64,000 nt of DNA. It comes from Gammaproteobacteria bacterium. Its GTDB lineage: Bacteria; Pseudomonadota; Gammaproteobacteria; GCA-001735895. Below are positions 8,091-17,730 of this stretch, in pieces. The stretch spans positions 64,001-128,000 of the forward strand of contig JBNKUM010000085.1 in the NCBI GenBank assembly GCA_050298595.1. The letters run 5' to 3'. How positions within the stretch are numbered: the stretch's first letter is position 1; each line of letters starts with the position of its first letter. The position numbers and the translations under genes are program-made. Under the pieces are notes generated by a model. It was not told where the DNA came from and did not search any database. It was given only the letters and a program-made list of their open reading frames with translations.

Positions 8091-8564
8091 TTACTTTCTA
8101 TCAGCAGGACTACGCTGCTCTGGAAGGACCTTATTGGCGAAATAACGATCGGCATCTTCAATATCAACGGGTTGTTCTTCGATATCTACCAAAGGCAGTT
8201 CATAGTCGCTCCATCCGCGTAGACCTGTCTTCAAGGATATGACATTTTCATAGCCCATCAACTGCATGGTATATGCTGCAAGCGTGGTACGGTTACCAGA
8301 GCGACACACCAGCACGACTGGCCTGTCTCTGGCTTCTACTAACTCAGGTTCGGTTTCTTCGAAATTCCATTCACAGGCATTTTCCAGGATACCGCGTGGC
8401 ACATTCACTGAATCCTCTATATGCATGGTGTCGTATTCGTGGGTCTCACGGATATCGACGATTAGCGTTTCTGGGTGAGCTTCAAGGTATTCTTCCACAT
8501 CCCAGGGCATCATTTCCGTTATCTGAGGTGCAATTTCGGCTGCGATCTGAGCAAAGGTTTTCAT
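8091..8564 (-). CDS. Rhodanese-domain sulfurtransferase
   Basis: IVDIRE..E..HI..S.NVPRG; active loop CRSGNRT; GLRGW. Confidence 0.88.
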   Translation of the reverse strand: MKTFAQIAAEIAPQITEMMPWDVEEYLEAHPETLIVDIRETHEYDTMHIEDSVNVPRGILENACEWNFEETEPELVEARDRPVVLVCRSGNRTTLAAYTMQLMGYENVISLKTGLRGWSDYELPLVDIEEQPVDIEDADRYFANKVLPEQRSPADRK

Positions 8565-8703
8565 AGGTAATCTGCTAGCTTGGTAACGCGAATCAGCTTA
8601 GCTTAAAAGAAACTCAAACTCTATCTCACCCATGAGATATGAAAGATAAGAACATTACCTTCTCTCAACAAAGTCATCGAAGAACATATACCTGCCAGAA
8701 TAT

Positions 8704-9186
8704 CTACAAACTATCCAGTATGGTTTGAGCATCACTAACCTTAAACTCGCCCGCAGCTTCCACATTGAGCAATTCAACAATGCCATTATTCACGATCATC
8801 GCGTAGCGCTGAGACCTTATGCCCATGCCACGAGCTACAGCATCCAGTTCCAGTCCAACCGCCTGGGTAAAAAGTGCACTGCCATCAGCCAACATTAAAA
8901 TTTTATCTTCGACATTCTGGTCAACAGCCCAGGCACCCATAACAAATGCATCATTGACCGAAAGGCATACAATCTGATCCACACCCTTTGCGAACAGTTC
9001 ATCAGATTTCATCAGATATCCCGGTACATGAGCTTGAGAGCAGGTTGGGGTAAAGGCCCCAGGTAAGGCAAAAAGAACCACTTTCTTATTGTTAAAAATC
9101 TCGTCAGTAGTTATTTCAGCCGGACCCTTATCAGTCATATGATACAAAGTCACTGAAGGAATTTTATCGCCAACCTGGATAGTCAT
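8704..9186 (-). CDS. Peroxiredoxin (Prx5/type II)
   Basis: PGAFTPTCS..H, SVNDAFVM, RSQRYAM. Confidence 0.93.
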   Translation of the reverse strand: MTIQVGDKIPSVTLYHMTDKGPAEITTDEIFNNKKVVLFALPGAFTPTCSQAHVPGYLMKSDELFAKGVDQIVCLSVNDAFVMGAWAVDQNVEDKILMLADGSALFTQAVGLELDAVARGMGIRSQRYAMIVNNGIVELLNVEAAGEFKVSDAQTILDSL

Positions 9187-9460
9187 AACAATTTTCTCTT
9201 TCGTTAGTTTTATTAAAGACTATTATAAATTTGATAGCGATTCTAAAAAACCATAATTTTTTATGTACAGCAGAAAACAGATACAACTTTAATATTGGGT
9301 TGCGCAAACAGGTAATACTCAAAATGCGAGAGCTGAAGCCTGCTCGAACTATGACCTAAGAGGTAATAAGCGTATGCTGTTCTAAGAAATAAAATATCTG
9401 AAGCGGAAAAGCATGAGCTATGGTTGAAATTAATCATTCAAACCCAACCTGCGAAACAAT

Positions 9461-10519
9461 ATGACCTTATTATTAATCTACCTGACCATCGCTATCGGGG
9501 TCTCATTTCTTTGCTCTATTCTCGAGGCTGTGCTGTTATCAATCACGCCAAGCTATGTAGAGAAATTGAGCAATGAGCATCCCAGAACAGGTGCAAGGCT
9601 TACCAAAGTGCGTGACCGGCTGGACGAGTCTCTTTCCAGCATCCTGATCCTTAACACCTTTGCTCACACTATGGGTGCGGCCGGAGTGGGTTCTCAGGCG
9701 CTACAAATATTCGGGGCACGTTGGGAAACACCTATCGCCATAGTTCTCACACTCATTATTCTGTATTTCTCTGAGATCATCCCCAAAACACTGGGGGCCA
9801 ATTTCTGGCGTCAACTGGCGATACCGGCATCATGGATTATTGGCTGGCTGGTTAAACTGGTTTACCCGCTGGTGTGGACAGCCACACGTCTTACTCGTCT
9901 GTTTAATAGCAAACAGAACGATGGTGTAACAAAAGAAGAAATCATTGCCATGGCATCTCTGGGCCATAAAGGGGGGACTCTCGATTCTCAGGAAAATGAA
10001 TATCTCTCGAATGTACTTAGCCTGCGTGAAAAAACTACCGAAGATGTGCTAACTCCTCGCACAGTAGTTCACATGCTGCAACGCAATACGACTGTTAGTA
10101 CAGCGTTGGAAATTTCTGAAACCAAAAAGTTTTCACGCATGCCTGTGTATGGCATAGATATTGATGATATTCGAGGCAAGGTACTGCGTACAGATCTGTA
10201 TGAGGCGGAACGATCAGGCCACGGTTCAGATCCTGTCAGCAACTACACCCGACCAATTTTCCGAATTTCGGAAAAACTCCCTGTGTACCAGTTACTCGAC
10301 CTGTTTATCAAGAAACATGCTCATTTATTCCTCGTAGATGATGAGTTTGGACAAACCTCAGGAGTAGTCACTCTGGAAGATGCCATCGAAACCTTACTGG
10401 GTCGTGAGATTCTTGATGAAAGCGATACAGTGACTGACATGCAGGAACTGGCTCGCGATAAATATCGCGAAAGGCTACGCGAAATCAAGCGGCAAACTGA
10501 GGCCGAAAACGACAGCTAA
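9461..10519 (+). CDS. CNNM/DUF21 + CBS protein (hemolysin/CorB-like)
   Basis: SFLCSILEA, LNTFAHTMGA, SEIIPKT, TPRTVV, FSRMPVY, DEFG..GVVTLEDAIE. Confidence 0.88.
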   Translation: MTLLLIYLTIAIGVSFLCSILEAVLLSITPSYVEKLSNEHPRTGARLTKVRDRLDESLSSILILNTFAHTMGAAGVGSQALQIFGARWETPIAIVLTLIILYFSEIIPKTLGANFWRQLAIPASWIIGWLVKLVYPLVWTATRLTRLFNSKQNDGVTKEEIIAMASLGHKGGTLDSQENEYLSNVLSLREKTTEDVLTPRTVVHMLQRNTTVSTALEISETKKFSRMPVYGIDIDDIRGKVLRTDLYEAERSGHGSDPVSNYTRPIFRISEKLPVYQLLDLFIKKHAHLFLVDDEFGQTSGVVTLEDAIETLLGREILDESDTVTDMQELARDKYRERLREIKRQTEAENDS

Positions 10520-10758
10520 ATATTGGAAAAACATACCCGGTCTATACATTCGATCTTCAGGACGAAACGGGCCTGAGTGACTTAGATCGACCCGAATGAG
10601 CTGAAACCCTAATTAACCACGAAGGGCTCGAAGAGTATTACTCGTTCACATACTCCGCGTGGGAATGCATAAGAAGGGGTTTGACCTCAGCTCCTCTGGA
10701 AACATGAAAGTGAACTGTAATACTACAGTTTAAGTCATAATCACGAGCTAAACCCGGA

Positions 10759-11130
10759 TCAAAAAAATCCAACAGATGCTGAGGTAAAACTCAATGGCAC
10801 CAGTGCCTGAGCTTCAAATTCAATGCCGCTCCATCCCGATTGCATAAACTGGCGAATATTGGCGTGATCATCAGCATCCGGGGTTTCCAGTACAGCTCGA
10901 TATATCTCGCCAAAACAATTTAACGTCTGTAACTCATCCAGCTGATGGATCTGAGCAAAACTGAATATCTTGCAGGATCCGTTATTTTGATCAGCACTGT
11001 TTTGCTGTTCTCCATTACGAAAAGCCGTCGGAGTAAATTTGTATAGAGAATCGATTAACTCTATGCTGTCAGCAAACTGAATCGATTCGGGAATTTGCTG
11101 TAATCGGGTAATAAAGGTTTTTAGATCCAT
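10759..11130 (-). CDS. HopJ-family protein
   Basis: Y.FTPTAF.NG..N..QNNGSCKIFSFA..CFG..Y..DHANIRQFM..GW; start taken at ATG 11130. Confidence 0.82.
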   Translation of the reverse strand: MDLKTFITRLQQIPESIQFADSIELIDSLYKFTPTAFRNGEQQNSADQNNGSCKIFSFAQIHQLDELQTLNCFGEIYRAVLETPDADDHANIRQFMQSGWSGIEFEAQALVPLSFTSASVGFF

Positions 11131-11243
11131 AGTTAATGCTCTGTTTATATACAAACGGGTGTCAATCCATTCTACCCCCTCTCAAGCAATCACAACAGCA
11201 TCGTTAAAACCATGAATAACTGACTATTGACCCGGATGAAAGG

Positions 11244-11693
11244 CTAAGGTTGTTTTTCCCCCAGCTTCTCAATCAGTTTATCCATCTTTTCTAATACTGA
11301 TTGATAATGAGTCTGCAGAGCATCGCCATCTGGTAAACTACCGAGATCTACGCTCTCAATCTCCTTAAGTTGTTGCAGCAATTCAGAGATCATTGCACGG
11401 TCCTGCGGATCTACCTCGGCAACAGACTTCATAGCCTCTATCGCGGTTTCAATTTCACGATGTGCCCGCCGTCGCTCCTGAACATAGGCTTTTTCCAGCG
11501 CCAGGGTTTGCTCCAGTTTTACTTTCGCATTCACCAGAGGGGTCCTTCCCGGGGCATAGTAATTGGGCTCATGTTTGCGCATCCACAGTCCTGCCCCAAT
11601 AATACCTGCCAGCACTAATACCAGAGCCAGGATCAAGCCATGTTTTTTTACTGACTGACTTGCGGTACTGGATGTTGTGTTTCCTTTGCTCAT
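11244..11693 (-). CDS. Hypothetical single-TM coiled-coil protein
   Basis: One N-terminal TM segment then helical region; RBS GGAAGG. Confidence 0.6.
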   Translation of the reverse strand: MSKGNTTSSTASQSVKKHGLILALVLVLAGIIGAGLWMRKHEPNYYAPGRTPLVNAKVKLEQTLALEKAYVQERRRAHREIETAIEAMKSVAEVDPQDRAMISELLQQLKEIESVDLGSLPDGDALQTHYQSVLEKMDKLIEKLGEKQP

Positions 11694-11972
11694 ACGCCTT
11701 CCATGATTTGTCTGCGATAGATCATTAATTCTCTCGAGTGCCGGGTTATATGTTTTTAGATTAACTGCTCAATCAGTAATGTTTGACCAACCCATTTCTG
11801 CATAGTAGCGGGGCGGTAAACGTCTGATTAATGTTAGCATTAAAGGCTTTGATGCGAAAACTATCTAAAGATTCACTGCCATCTTCATCCGAAGCTCAAA
11901 CAGTTTTTTCATCTCAGCACCGGTAATGAGAAGTCCGCCTTGCGATAATCGCTTACTCTATTTATAGTTAAC

Positions 11973-12066
11973 CTTCCTCAACGGGGTGCTCGACAGAGCT
12001 GAGAGGTGGTTACACCAACCCGATGAACCTGATCCAGTTAGCACTGGCGTAGGGATGTGAGTGAAT
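11973..12066 (+). ncRNA. TPP riboswitch
   Basis: GGGGTGC..GCTGAGA..ACCCG..GAACCTGATCCAGTTAGCACTGGCGTAGGGA upstream of thiB. Confidence 0.93.
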
Positions 12067-12125
12067 CCTGTTACGATCTCCCCATCTCTCCGATTATTCT
12101 ACATTCATACAATTGGAGTCCATTT

Positions 12126-13145
12126 ATGTTCTCAAGTTTTTCCCGGCCATTGCAGTTATGTCTTGCGGCCATCCTCAGTATTACACTGTCAGGCCAGGCG
12201 CTTGCCGCAAAACCAGCACTTACCGTCTATACCTATGACTCTTTCACCAGCGAATGGGGGCCGGGCCCAAAGGTTAAGCAGGCCTTTGAACAGCAATGCA
12301 ATTGCGAGCTTAAATTCGTCGGTCTGGAAGATGGTGTATCTCTACTGAGTCGATTAAAACTCGAAGGCAGCAATACCAGTGCCGATATTGTATTGGGTCT
12401 GGACACCAACCTGACAGCAGATGCTCGCGCCACCGGCCTGTTTGAAACGCATGGTATGAGCATGACCAACTCAACCTTACCAACCTCATGGAATGATAAA
12501 ACTTTTCTGCCTTATGACTATGGCTATTTCGCCTTTGTTTATAACAAGGAGAAATTAAAGTCTCCACCTACCAGCCTTAAACAGCTGGTAGAAGATCCAC
12601 AGGCACCCAATATTCTGATTCAGGATCCTCGCACCAGTACTCCTGGCCTGGGGCTATTGTTATGGGTGAAAAAGGTATATGGCGATAAAGCTGGCGAAGC
12701 CTGGGCCAAACTGTCTAAAAGGATAGTCACCGTGAGCAAAGGCTGGAGCGAGGCCTATGGCCTGTTTCTGAAGGATGAAGCCCCTATGGTCCTCAGCTAT
12801 ACTACGTCACCCGCTTACCACATCATCGCCGAGAAGGATCAACGCTTCGCTGCTGCACGTTTTTCCGAAGGCCATTACCAGCAAATTGAAGTTGCCGGAC
12901 TGATAAAGTCCAGCACGAACAAAGCCCTGGCACGGGAATTCCTCTCTTTCATGTTGAGTGAAAAATTTCAGGCTATCATTCCCACCACTAACTGGATGTA
13001 TCCTGCACAACTCGACCCCGCCAAATTACCCGAGGCGTTCGGAAGCCTGATCGATCCATCTCCGGCCCTGCTGTTTAACGACGATGAAATCGCTACACAG
13101 CGTAAGCAATGGGTTAACGAGTGGCTTGAGGCCCTGGCTAAATAG
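12126..13145 (+). CDS. thiB: Thiamine ABC transporter substrate-binding protein
   Basis: LTVYTYDSFTSEWGPGP, DPRTSTPG, GWSEAYGLF, SYTTSPAYH; ATG 12126 with RBS GGAG. Confidence 0.95.
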   Translation: MFSSFSRPLQLCLAAILSITLSGQALAAKPALTVYTYDSFTSEWGPGPKVKQAFEQQCNCELKFVGLEDGVSLLSRLKLEGSNTSADIVLGLDTNLTADARATGLFETHGMSMTNSTLPTSWNDKTFLPYDYGYFAFVYNKEKLKSPPTSLKQLVEDPQAPNILIQDPRTSTPGLGLLLWVKKVYGDKAGEAWAKLSKRIVTVSKGWSEAYGLFLKDEAPMVLSYTTSPAYHIIAEKDQRFAAARFSEGHYQQIEVAGLIKSSTNKALAREFLSFMLSEKFQAIIPTTNWMYPAQLDPAKLPEAFGSLIDPSPALLFNDDEIATQRKQWVNEWLEALAK

Positions 13146-13161
13146 TTAAGGCTCAATAAAA

Positions 13162-14718
13162 ATGTCGCCTTCGCGCAGCGCCTATCCAGTACTCGGCATT
13201 CTGGCACTCATAGTGCTAGCACCTATGTCGAGTCTGTTGCTGTTAGGTGGCGAGGGTTTTTCGCTCAGCGAAATTATTCACAGCCAGTATATGCGTCGTG
13301 TATTAGGTTTCAGTCTGTGGCAGGCATTCCTCTCCAGTCTGATCAGTGTCAGCCTTGCTATCCTGGTAACACGAGCTCTGGCCCATTTTGGCGAATTCCC
13401 GTTACGCAATGTGTTACTCAAACTGTTTGCACTACCTTTGGTCGTGCCTTCAGTAGTTGTCGTCATGGGTATAGTTTCGGTTTATGGAAGCCATGGCTGG
13501 ATTCCACTGGGACGCGAACTGTATGGCTTGAATGGCATACTGCTTGCGCACGTGTTTTTTAATCTACCACTGGCCGTTCGATTATTACTACCCGCCTGGC
13601 AATCCATTCCCTCCCCACACTGGCGACTGAGTGAACAAATTGGCTTTACTCAATGGCAACAATGGAAATATCTCGAATGGCCTGCCCTGCGTGAAAATCT
13701 GCCTGGCGTGGCACTTCTCGTCTTTATGCTTTGCCTGACCAGTTTTGCTGTGGTACTGACTCTGGGTGGAGGGCCCCGAAGCACTACACTGGAGGTTGCC
13801 ATCTATCAGTCATTACGTTTCGATTTTGATCCGCCCCGGGCAGTATTTCTGGCACTTCTACAACTGGGCCTTTGCTCTGTAGTGGCCTGGCTCAGCTCTC
13901 GTTTCCATAAACTGCCAGACGTAGAAATCACCATAGCTAATACCAGAATGGATACTCGACTGAACCGCAGCTGGATCAACACAGTGACCATAGCACTGGC
14001 CGTATTTTTCATCACGATGCCATTATTGGCAATGGCAATAGATGCCCTTAAAGGTTCTTTGTTTGAAGTATTATCCAGCCAGAGCCTGTGGCAGGCAGCA
14101 ATATTTACTCTTTTTATAGGGCTGAGTGCATCGTTTCTATCAGTGAGTGCTGCAGGATTATTGCTTGCGACCAGCACCGATCTGGCATTGATGGGTAACA
14201 AGCGCAAAGCTTCGTTGATCGAATTTGCCGGATCAATTGTTTATCTGGTGCCGCCTCTGGTGATAGGCACGGGACTTTTTGTATTAATGGCACCTCATTT
14301 GAATGTTTTCGACTGGGCCATCCCAGTAGTGATTCTGATCAACGCCATGATGGGGCTGCCATTTGTAATCCGTACCCTGGGACCCGCCATGCGCCAGAGT
14401 AAAATGCGTTATCAACATCTAAGCCAGAGCCTTGCACTATCTGGCTGGAACCATTTCAAAATTGTTGACTGGCCGTTACTGCGTAAACCGATTGGTCTTT
14501 CCTGTGCGCTGGTTGCAGCCTTATCTATGGGAGACCTCGGTGTCATCGCGTTATTCGGCACACCCGACACCACTACCCTACCTTTATTACTATACCATCA
14601 ACTGGCCGCTTACCTGATTCCACAGGCTGCGGTAACTGCAGCATTTTTGCTGGCTTTCTGTTTACTGGTATTCTGGTTGCTGGAAGCCGGTCTGGGAGGT
14701 GGTAAACAGCATGCTTAG
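13162..14718 (+). CDS. thiP: Thiamine ABC transporter permease
   Basis: Duplicated permease; AHVFFNLPLA, LGGGPRSTTLEVAIYQ, SMGDLGVIALFG. Confidence 0.92.
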   Translation: MSPSRSAYPVLGILALIVLAPMSSLLLLGGEGFSLSEIIHSQYMRRVLGFSLWQAFLSSLISVSLAILVTRALAHFGEFPLRNVLLKLFALPLVVPSVVVVMGIVSVYGSHGWIPLGRELYGLNGILLAHVFFNLPLAVRLLLPAWQSIPSPHWRLSEQIGFTQWQQWKYLEWPALRENLPGVALLVFMLCLTSFAVVLTLGGGPRSTTLEVAIYQSLRFDFDPPRAVFLALLQLGLCSVVAWLSSRFHKLPDVEITIANTRMDTRLNRSWINTVTIALAVFFITMPLLAMAIDALKGSLFEVLSSQSLWQAAIFTLFIGLSASFLSVSAAGLLLATSTDLALMGNKRKASLIEFAGSIVYLVPPLVIGTGLFVLMAPHLNVFDWAIPVVILINAMMGLPFVIRTLGPAMRQSKMRYQHLSQSLALSGWNHFKIVDWPLLRKPIGLSCALVAALSMGDLGVIALFGTPDTTTLPLLLYHQLAAYLIPQAAVTAAFLLAFCLLVFWLLEAGLGGGKQHA

Positions 14719-15424
14719 CATTAAACAGTTGAAATTTAGCTATGACACGCCTCAACAGGACAACAGCATGTGTTTTGACCTGGAGGTCAATACTGGTGAA
14801 GTGATGAGCCTGATAGGACCGAGTGGCTCGGGTAAAAGTACATTGCTCAATCTGATTGCCGGTTTTCTGACGGCCAGTAGCGGAGTAATACAGGTAGGCG
14901 CAGACCAGATTCAGACACTTGAACCGGGCAAGCGTCCAGTTACCATCGTATTCCAGGAACACAATCTGTTTCCTCATCTTGATGTTTGTACCAATGTTGC
15001 TATCGGTATACAACCGTCATTAAAGCTCACCGCACAACAACAGGATGAAGTCATGCAGGCTTTACAAAAGCTGAGCCTTGAGGGACTGTATAAACGCAAA
15101 CCGGGGCAGCTTTCCGGAGGGCAGAGGCAACGCGTAGCACTCGCGCGCGCATTGGTACGCAAGCACGAAATCCTGTTGCTCGACGAGCCCTTCGCCGCAT
15201 TGGGTCCATCATTACGTGAAGAGATGATAGAACAGGTAAAACAGCTGGTACAGAACCAGAATATGACCGCCCTGCTAGTCAGTCATCAACCGGCAGACGC
15301 TTTACTTGCTTCACAACGCATAGCTTTTATCAACAAGGGTCAGGTAATCGAAGTGGAAGCCACTCAACATCTGCTAAACCATTCCGAGAACGCCGACATC
15401 CGGCAATATCTGGGGACAAAGTGA
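14711..15424 (+). CDS. thiQ: Thiamine ABC transporter ATPase
   Basis: GPSGSGKST, FQEHNLFPHL, LSGGQRQR, LLLDEPF. Confidence 0.9.
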   Translation: MLSIKQLKFSYDTPQQDNSMCFDLEVNTGEVMSLIGPSGSGKSTLLNLIAGFLTASSGVIQVGADQIQTLEPGKRPVTIVFQEHNLFPHLDVCTNVAIGIQPSLKLTAQQQDEVMQALQKLSLEGLYKRKPGQLSGGQRQRVALARALVRKHEILLLDEPFAALGPSLREEMIEQVKQLVQNQNMTALLVSHQPADALLASQRIAFINKGQVIEVEATQHLLNHSENADIRQYLGTK

Positions 15425-16227
15425 AAGAGCTTAAACACGCTTTTGAACGCATCCCCTTACTGAAAGACTACCAGCCAGCCGATTTTAAAATCCAGCGCCT
15501 GCCTGGATTAACCAACCATAGTTTTCATTTAAAAAACCTCGAAAACGACTGGGTGTTGCGTATCCCCAAAATGGATACCAATTGCTACATAGACCGCAAG
15601 GCCGAAGCCATCAACAACAATATTGCGATACAGCTAAAACTCGCACCAAGCTGCCTTTGGCGTGATGACAGCGGACTAAGCCTGACAACGACATTATGTC
15701 ATACACAATCACCCACAGCACAGGATTTAAGCAACCCGGAAATACTCAGCTCGGTACTGAAGAAACTGAAAATTTTGCACACTAGCAAACAGAATTTTCA
15801 CGGTCGCGTCAATATCAGGGCATTAATTAAACGTTACTTTTCCTTAATTCCTTCTCAGCAACAACCATTAATATCTCACGATTTCTCAAACGCTCTGGAA
15901 CGTCTGATCAGCATCGAAAAAAAGGATCTCACTCTGACCCCTTCACATAATGATCTCATACTCCAGAATCTGCTAATCAATGCGAACAGTCAGATCTGGT
16001 TTATAGACTGGGAATATTCATCAATGGCATCACCCTACTGGGATCTTGCCACCCTGTGCAATGCCGCAGATTTCGATCTTGAGCAATCATTCAATTTACT
16101 GAATATTTACCACAACCAGCAGAACATTTCGGATATTGATCTACTCATGGATTACCGTTATGTACTACAGGTTTTGAGCCAGTGCTGGATGATGGCTTTT
16201 AACAAGAATGCAGCTGTCCAAACTTAA
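15421..16227 (+). CDS. Choline/thiamine kinase-like phosphotransferase (APH fold)
   Basis: GLTN, VLRIP, HNDL..N, IDWEYS, WDLA; overlaps thiQ stop (GTGA). Confidence 0.8.
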   Translation: MKELKHAFERIPLLKDYQPADFKIQRLPGLTNHSFHLKNLENDWVLRIPKMDTNCYIDRKAEAINNNIAIQLKLAPSCLWRDDSGLSLTTTLCHTQSPTAQDLSNPEILSSVLKKLKILHTSKQNFHGRVNIRALIKRYFSLIPSQQQPLISHDFSNALERLISIEKKDLTLTPSHNDLILQNLLINANSQIWFIDWEYSSMASPYWDLATLCNAADFDLEQSFNLLNIYHNQQNISDIDLLMDYRYVLQVLSQCWMMAFNKNAAVQT

Positions 16228-16419
16228 CAGCCTTACCCCTGTACCCCATGCAACTGGAGCTATTGCTCAGCTCGTATCAAATATCCAGGCCAACCCAACT
16301 CAGGATAGCGCTGTACTTTGCCAATTTCCTGAGCTTGAATCTCAAGTTTTTTTTCGTATCTCCGAGAGCGAGCAGGATACTTCAGCGGTAGAGATAGCTG
16401 ATTGACTGGAGGTTACAGA

Positions 16420-16689
16420 TCACTCCTGGGCCTTGCTATTGAAGCTCCCCAGCAGTCGGTCAATTGTTGCCAGTTGCTGTATTTTGGCATTGGGGTTTTC
16501 CAGCAACTCGGCTAGCATATAGGCGAGCAAAGAAAAGGCTGTAAATATGATTAGCGCAGACGTGGTCAGCTCGAATATCCTGTAGCCTGCCAAATTGTGT
16601 AACAGCAGAGTTAGACCCCTTATAACGAAAGGTTTGATAATATTATTCACCTGATACCCCCTTTTTTGTTTTTTTGAATGAGCATTCAT
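16420..16689 (-). CDS. Hypothetical small membrane protein
   Basis: 89 aa with hydrophobic segments; purine-rich RBS-like GGAAAGAG. Confidence 0.45.
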   Translation of the reverse strand: MNAHSKKQKRGYQVNNIIKPFVIRGLTLLLHNLAGYRIFELTTSALIIFTAFSLLAYMLAELLENPNAKIQQLATIDRLLGSFNSKAQE

Positions 16690-16860
16690 TCTCTTTCCAG
16701 AGATACTAATTCAACCTTTTATATATCCAGGGTCGTTAGAACATTTTATATGAGACACAATGATTCTGCCGTTTATCCCAACTTCTCATGATGTCCGGGT
16801 ATCGTATTTATGGCCTGTAGTGTTAAACTTTCTAAATCATTTAACACATAGAGAATAATA

Positions 16861-17727
16861 ATGAGCAAAGCTAAAGCTTCCTTTATCGGTCTTGGTGTTA
16901 TGGGTTACCCCATGGCTGGACATCTGGCCAATGCCGGCTATCCAACCTGCGTTTATAACCGTACTACCTCGAAAGCTGAGCAATGGTGTCAGGATTACAG
17001 CGGCAGCTTTGCGGTTACACCGCGCGAAGCTGTAAAAGATGCCGATTTTGTTTTTGTCTGTGTCGGTAACGATGACGATCTGCGATCGGTTGTTTATGGT
17101 GACGATGGGGTTCTTGCCGGTGTGAAAGATACTGCGATTCTGGTAGATCATACAACCGCTTCGGCCAATGTCGCGCGTGAAATTGCACAAAAAGCATCGG
17201 TGGCATTTCTTGATGCACCAGTATCCGGTGGACAGGCCGGTGCCGAAAATGGTGTACTAACGGTCATGATCGGTGGGGATCCGGCAGCGTACGATGCAGC
17301 AAAACCAGTGATCTTGAGTTATGCACGCGCTGCTGAACTGATGGGTCCGGTTGGTTCGGGTCAGCTTACCAAAATGGTGAACCAGATATGCATCGCCAGT
17401 CTGGTTCAGGGTCTGTCCGAAGGTTTGAATTTTGCTCAGAAAGCCGGGCTCGATGGTGCAAAAGTCGTCGAGGTTATTTCAAAAGGTGCCGCAGGCTCCT
17501 GGCAGATGGAAAACCGCGGCTTAACCATGTTAAAAGACGAATTCGATTTTGGCTTTGCAGTCGACTGGATGCGTAAGGATCTGGATATCTGTCTGGCAGA
17601 AAGCAAAAAGAATGGCGCTCAGTTACCGGTCACAAAAATCGTCAATGATTATTATGCCGAAATTCAGGCCATGGGCGGTGGTCGCTGGGACACTTCCAGT
17701 CTGATTCGCCGTTTGACATCCTCATGA
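16861..17727 (+). CDS. NAD(P)-dependent beta-hydroxyacid dehydrogenase (3-hydroxyisobutyrate DH family)
   Basis: FIGLGVMGYPMA, FLDAPVSGG, GSGQLTKMVNQ. Confidence 0.92.
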   Translation: MSKAKASFIGLGVMGYPMAGHLANAGYPTCVYNRTTSKAEQWCQDYSGSFAVTPREAVKDADFVFVCVGNDDDLRSVVYGDDGVLAGVKDTAILVDHTTASANVAREIAQKASVAFLDAPVSGGQAGAENGVLTVMIGGDPAAYDAAKPVILSYARAAELMGPVGSGQLTKMVNQICIASLVQGLSEGLNFAQKAGLDGAKVVEVISKGAAGSWQMENRGLTMLKDEFDFGFAVDWMRKDLDICLAESKKNGAQLPVTKIVNDYYAEIQAMGGGRWDTSSLIRRLTSS

Positions 17728-17730
17728 GTC

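Noticed and set aside
10712-10730. Palindrome AACTGTAATACTACAGTT as a LexA box
   Set aside because: CTGT-ACAG spacing is 6 rather than 8, and it lies between convergent genes
10759-11130. HopJ protein as evidence of type III secretion or virulence
   Set aside because: The family is widespread in non-pathogens and there are no T3SS genes here
12057-12125. Longer N-terminus of thiB from the ORF track
   Set aside because: Overlaps the TPP riboswitch and expression platform; ATG 12126 has the RBS and yields a normal signal peptide
16208-16405. 65-aa ORF after the kinase
   Set aside because: No recognisable motif or RBS; cannot be supported as a gene
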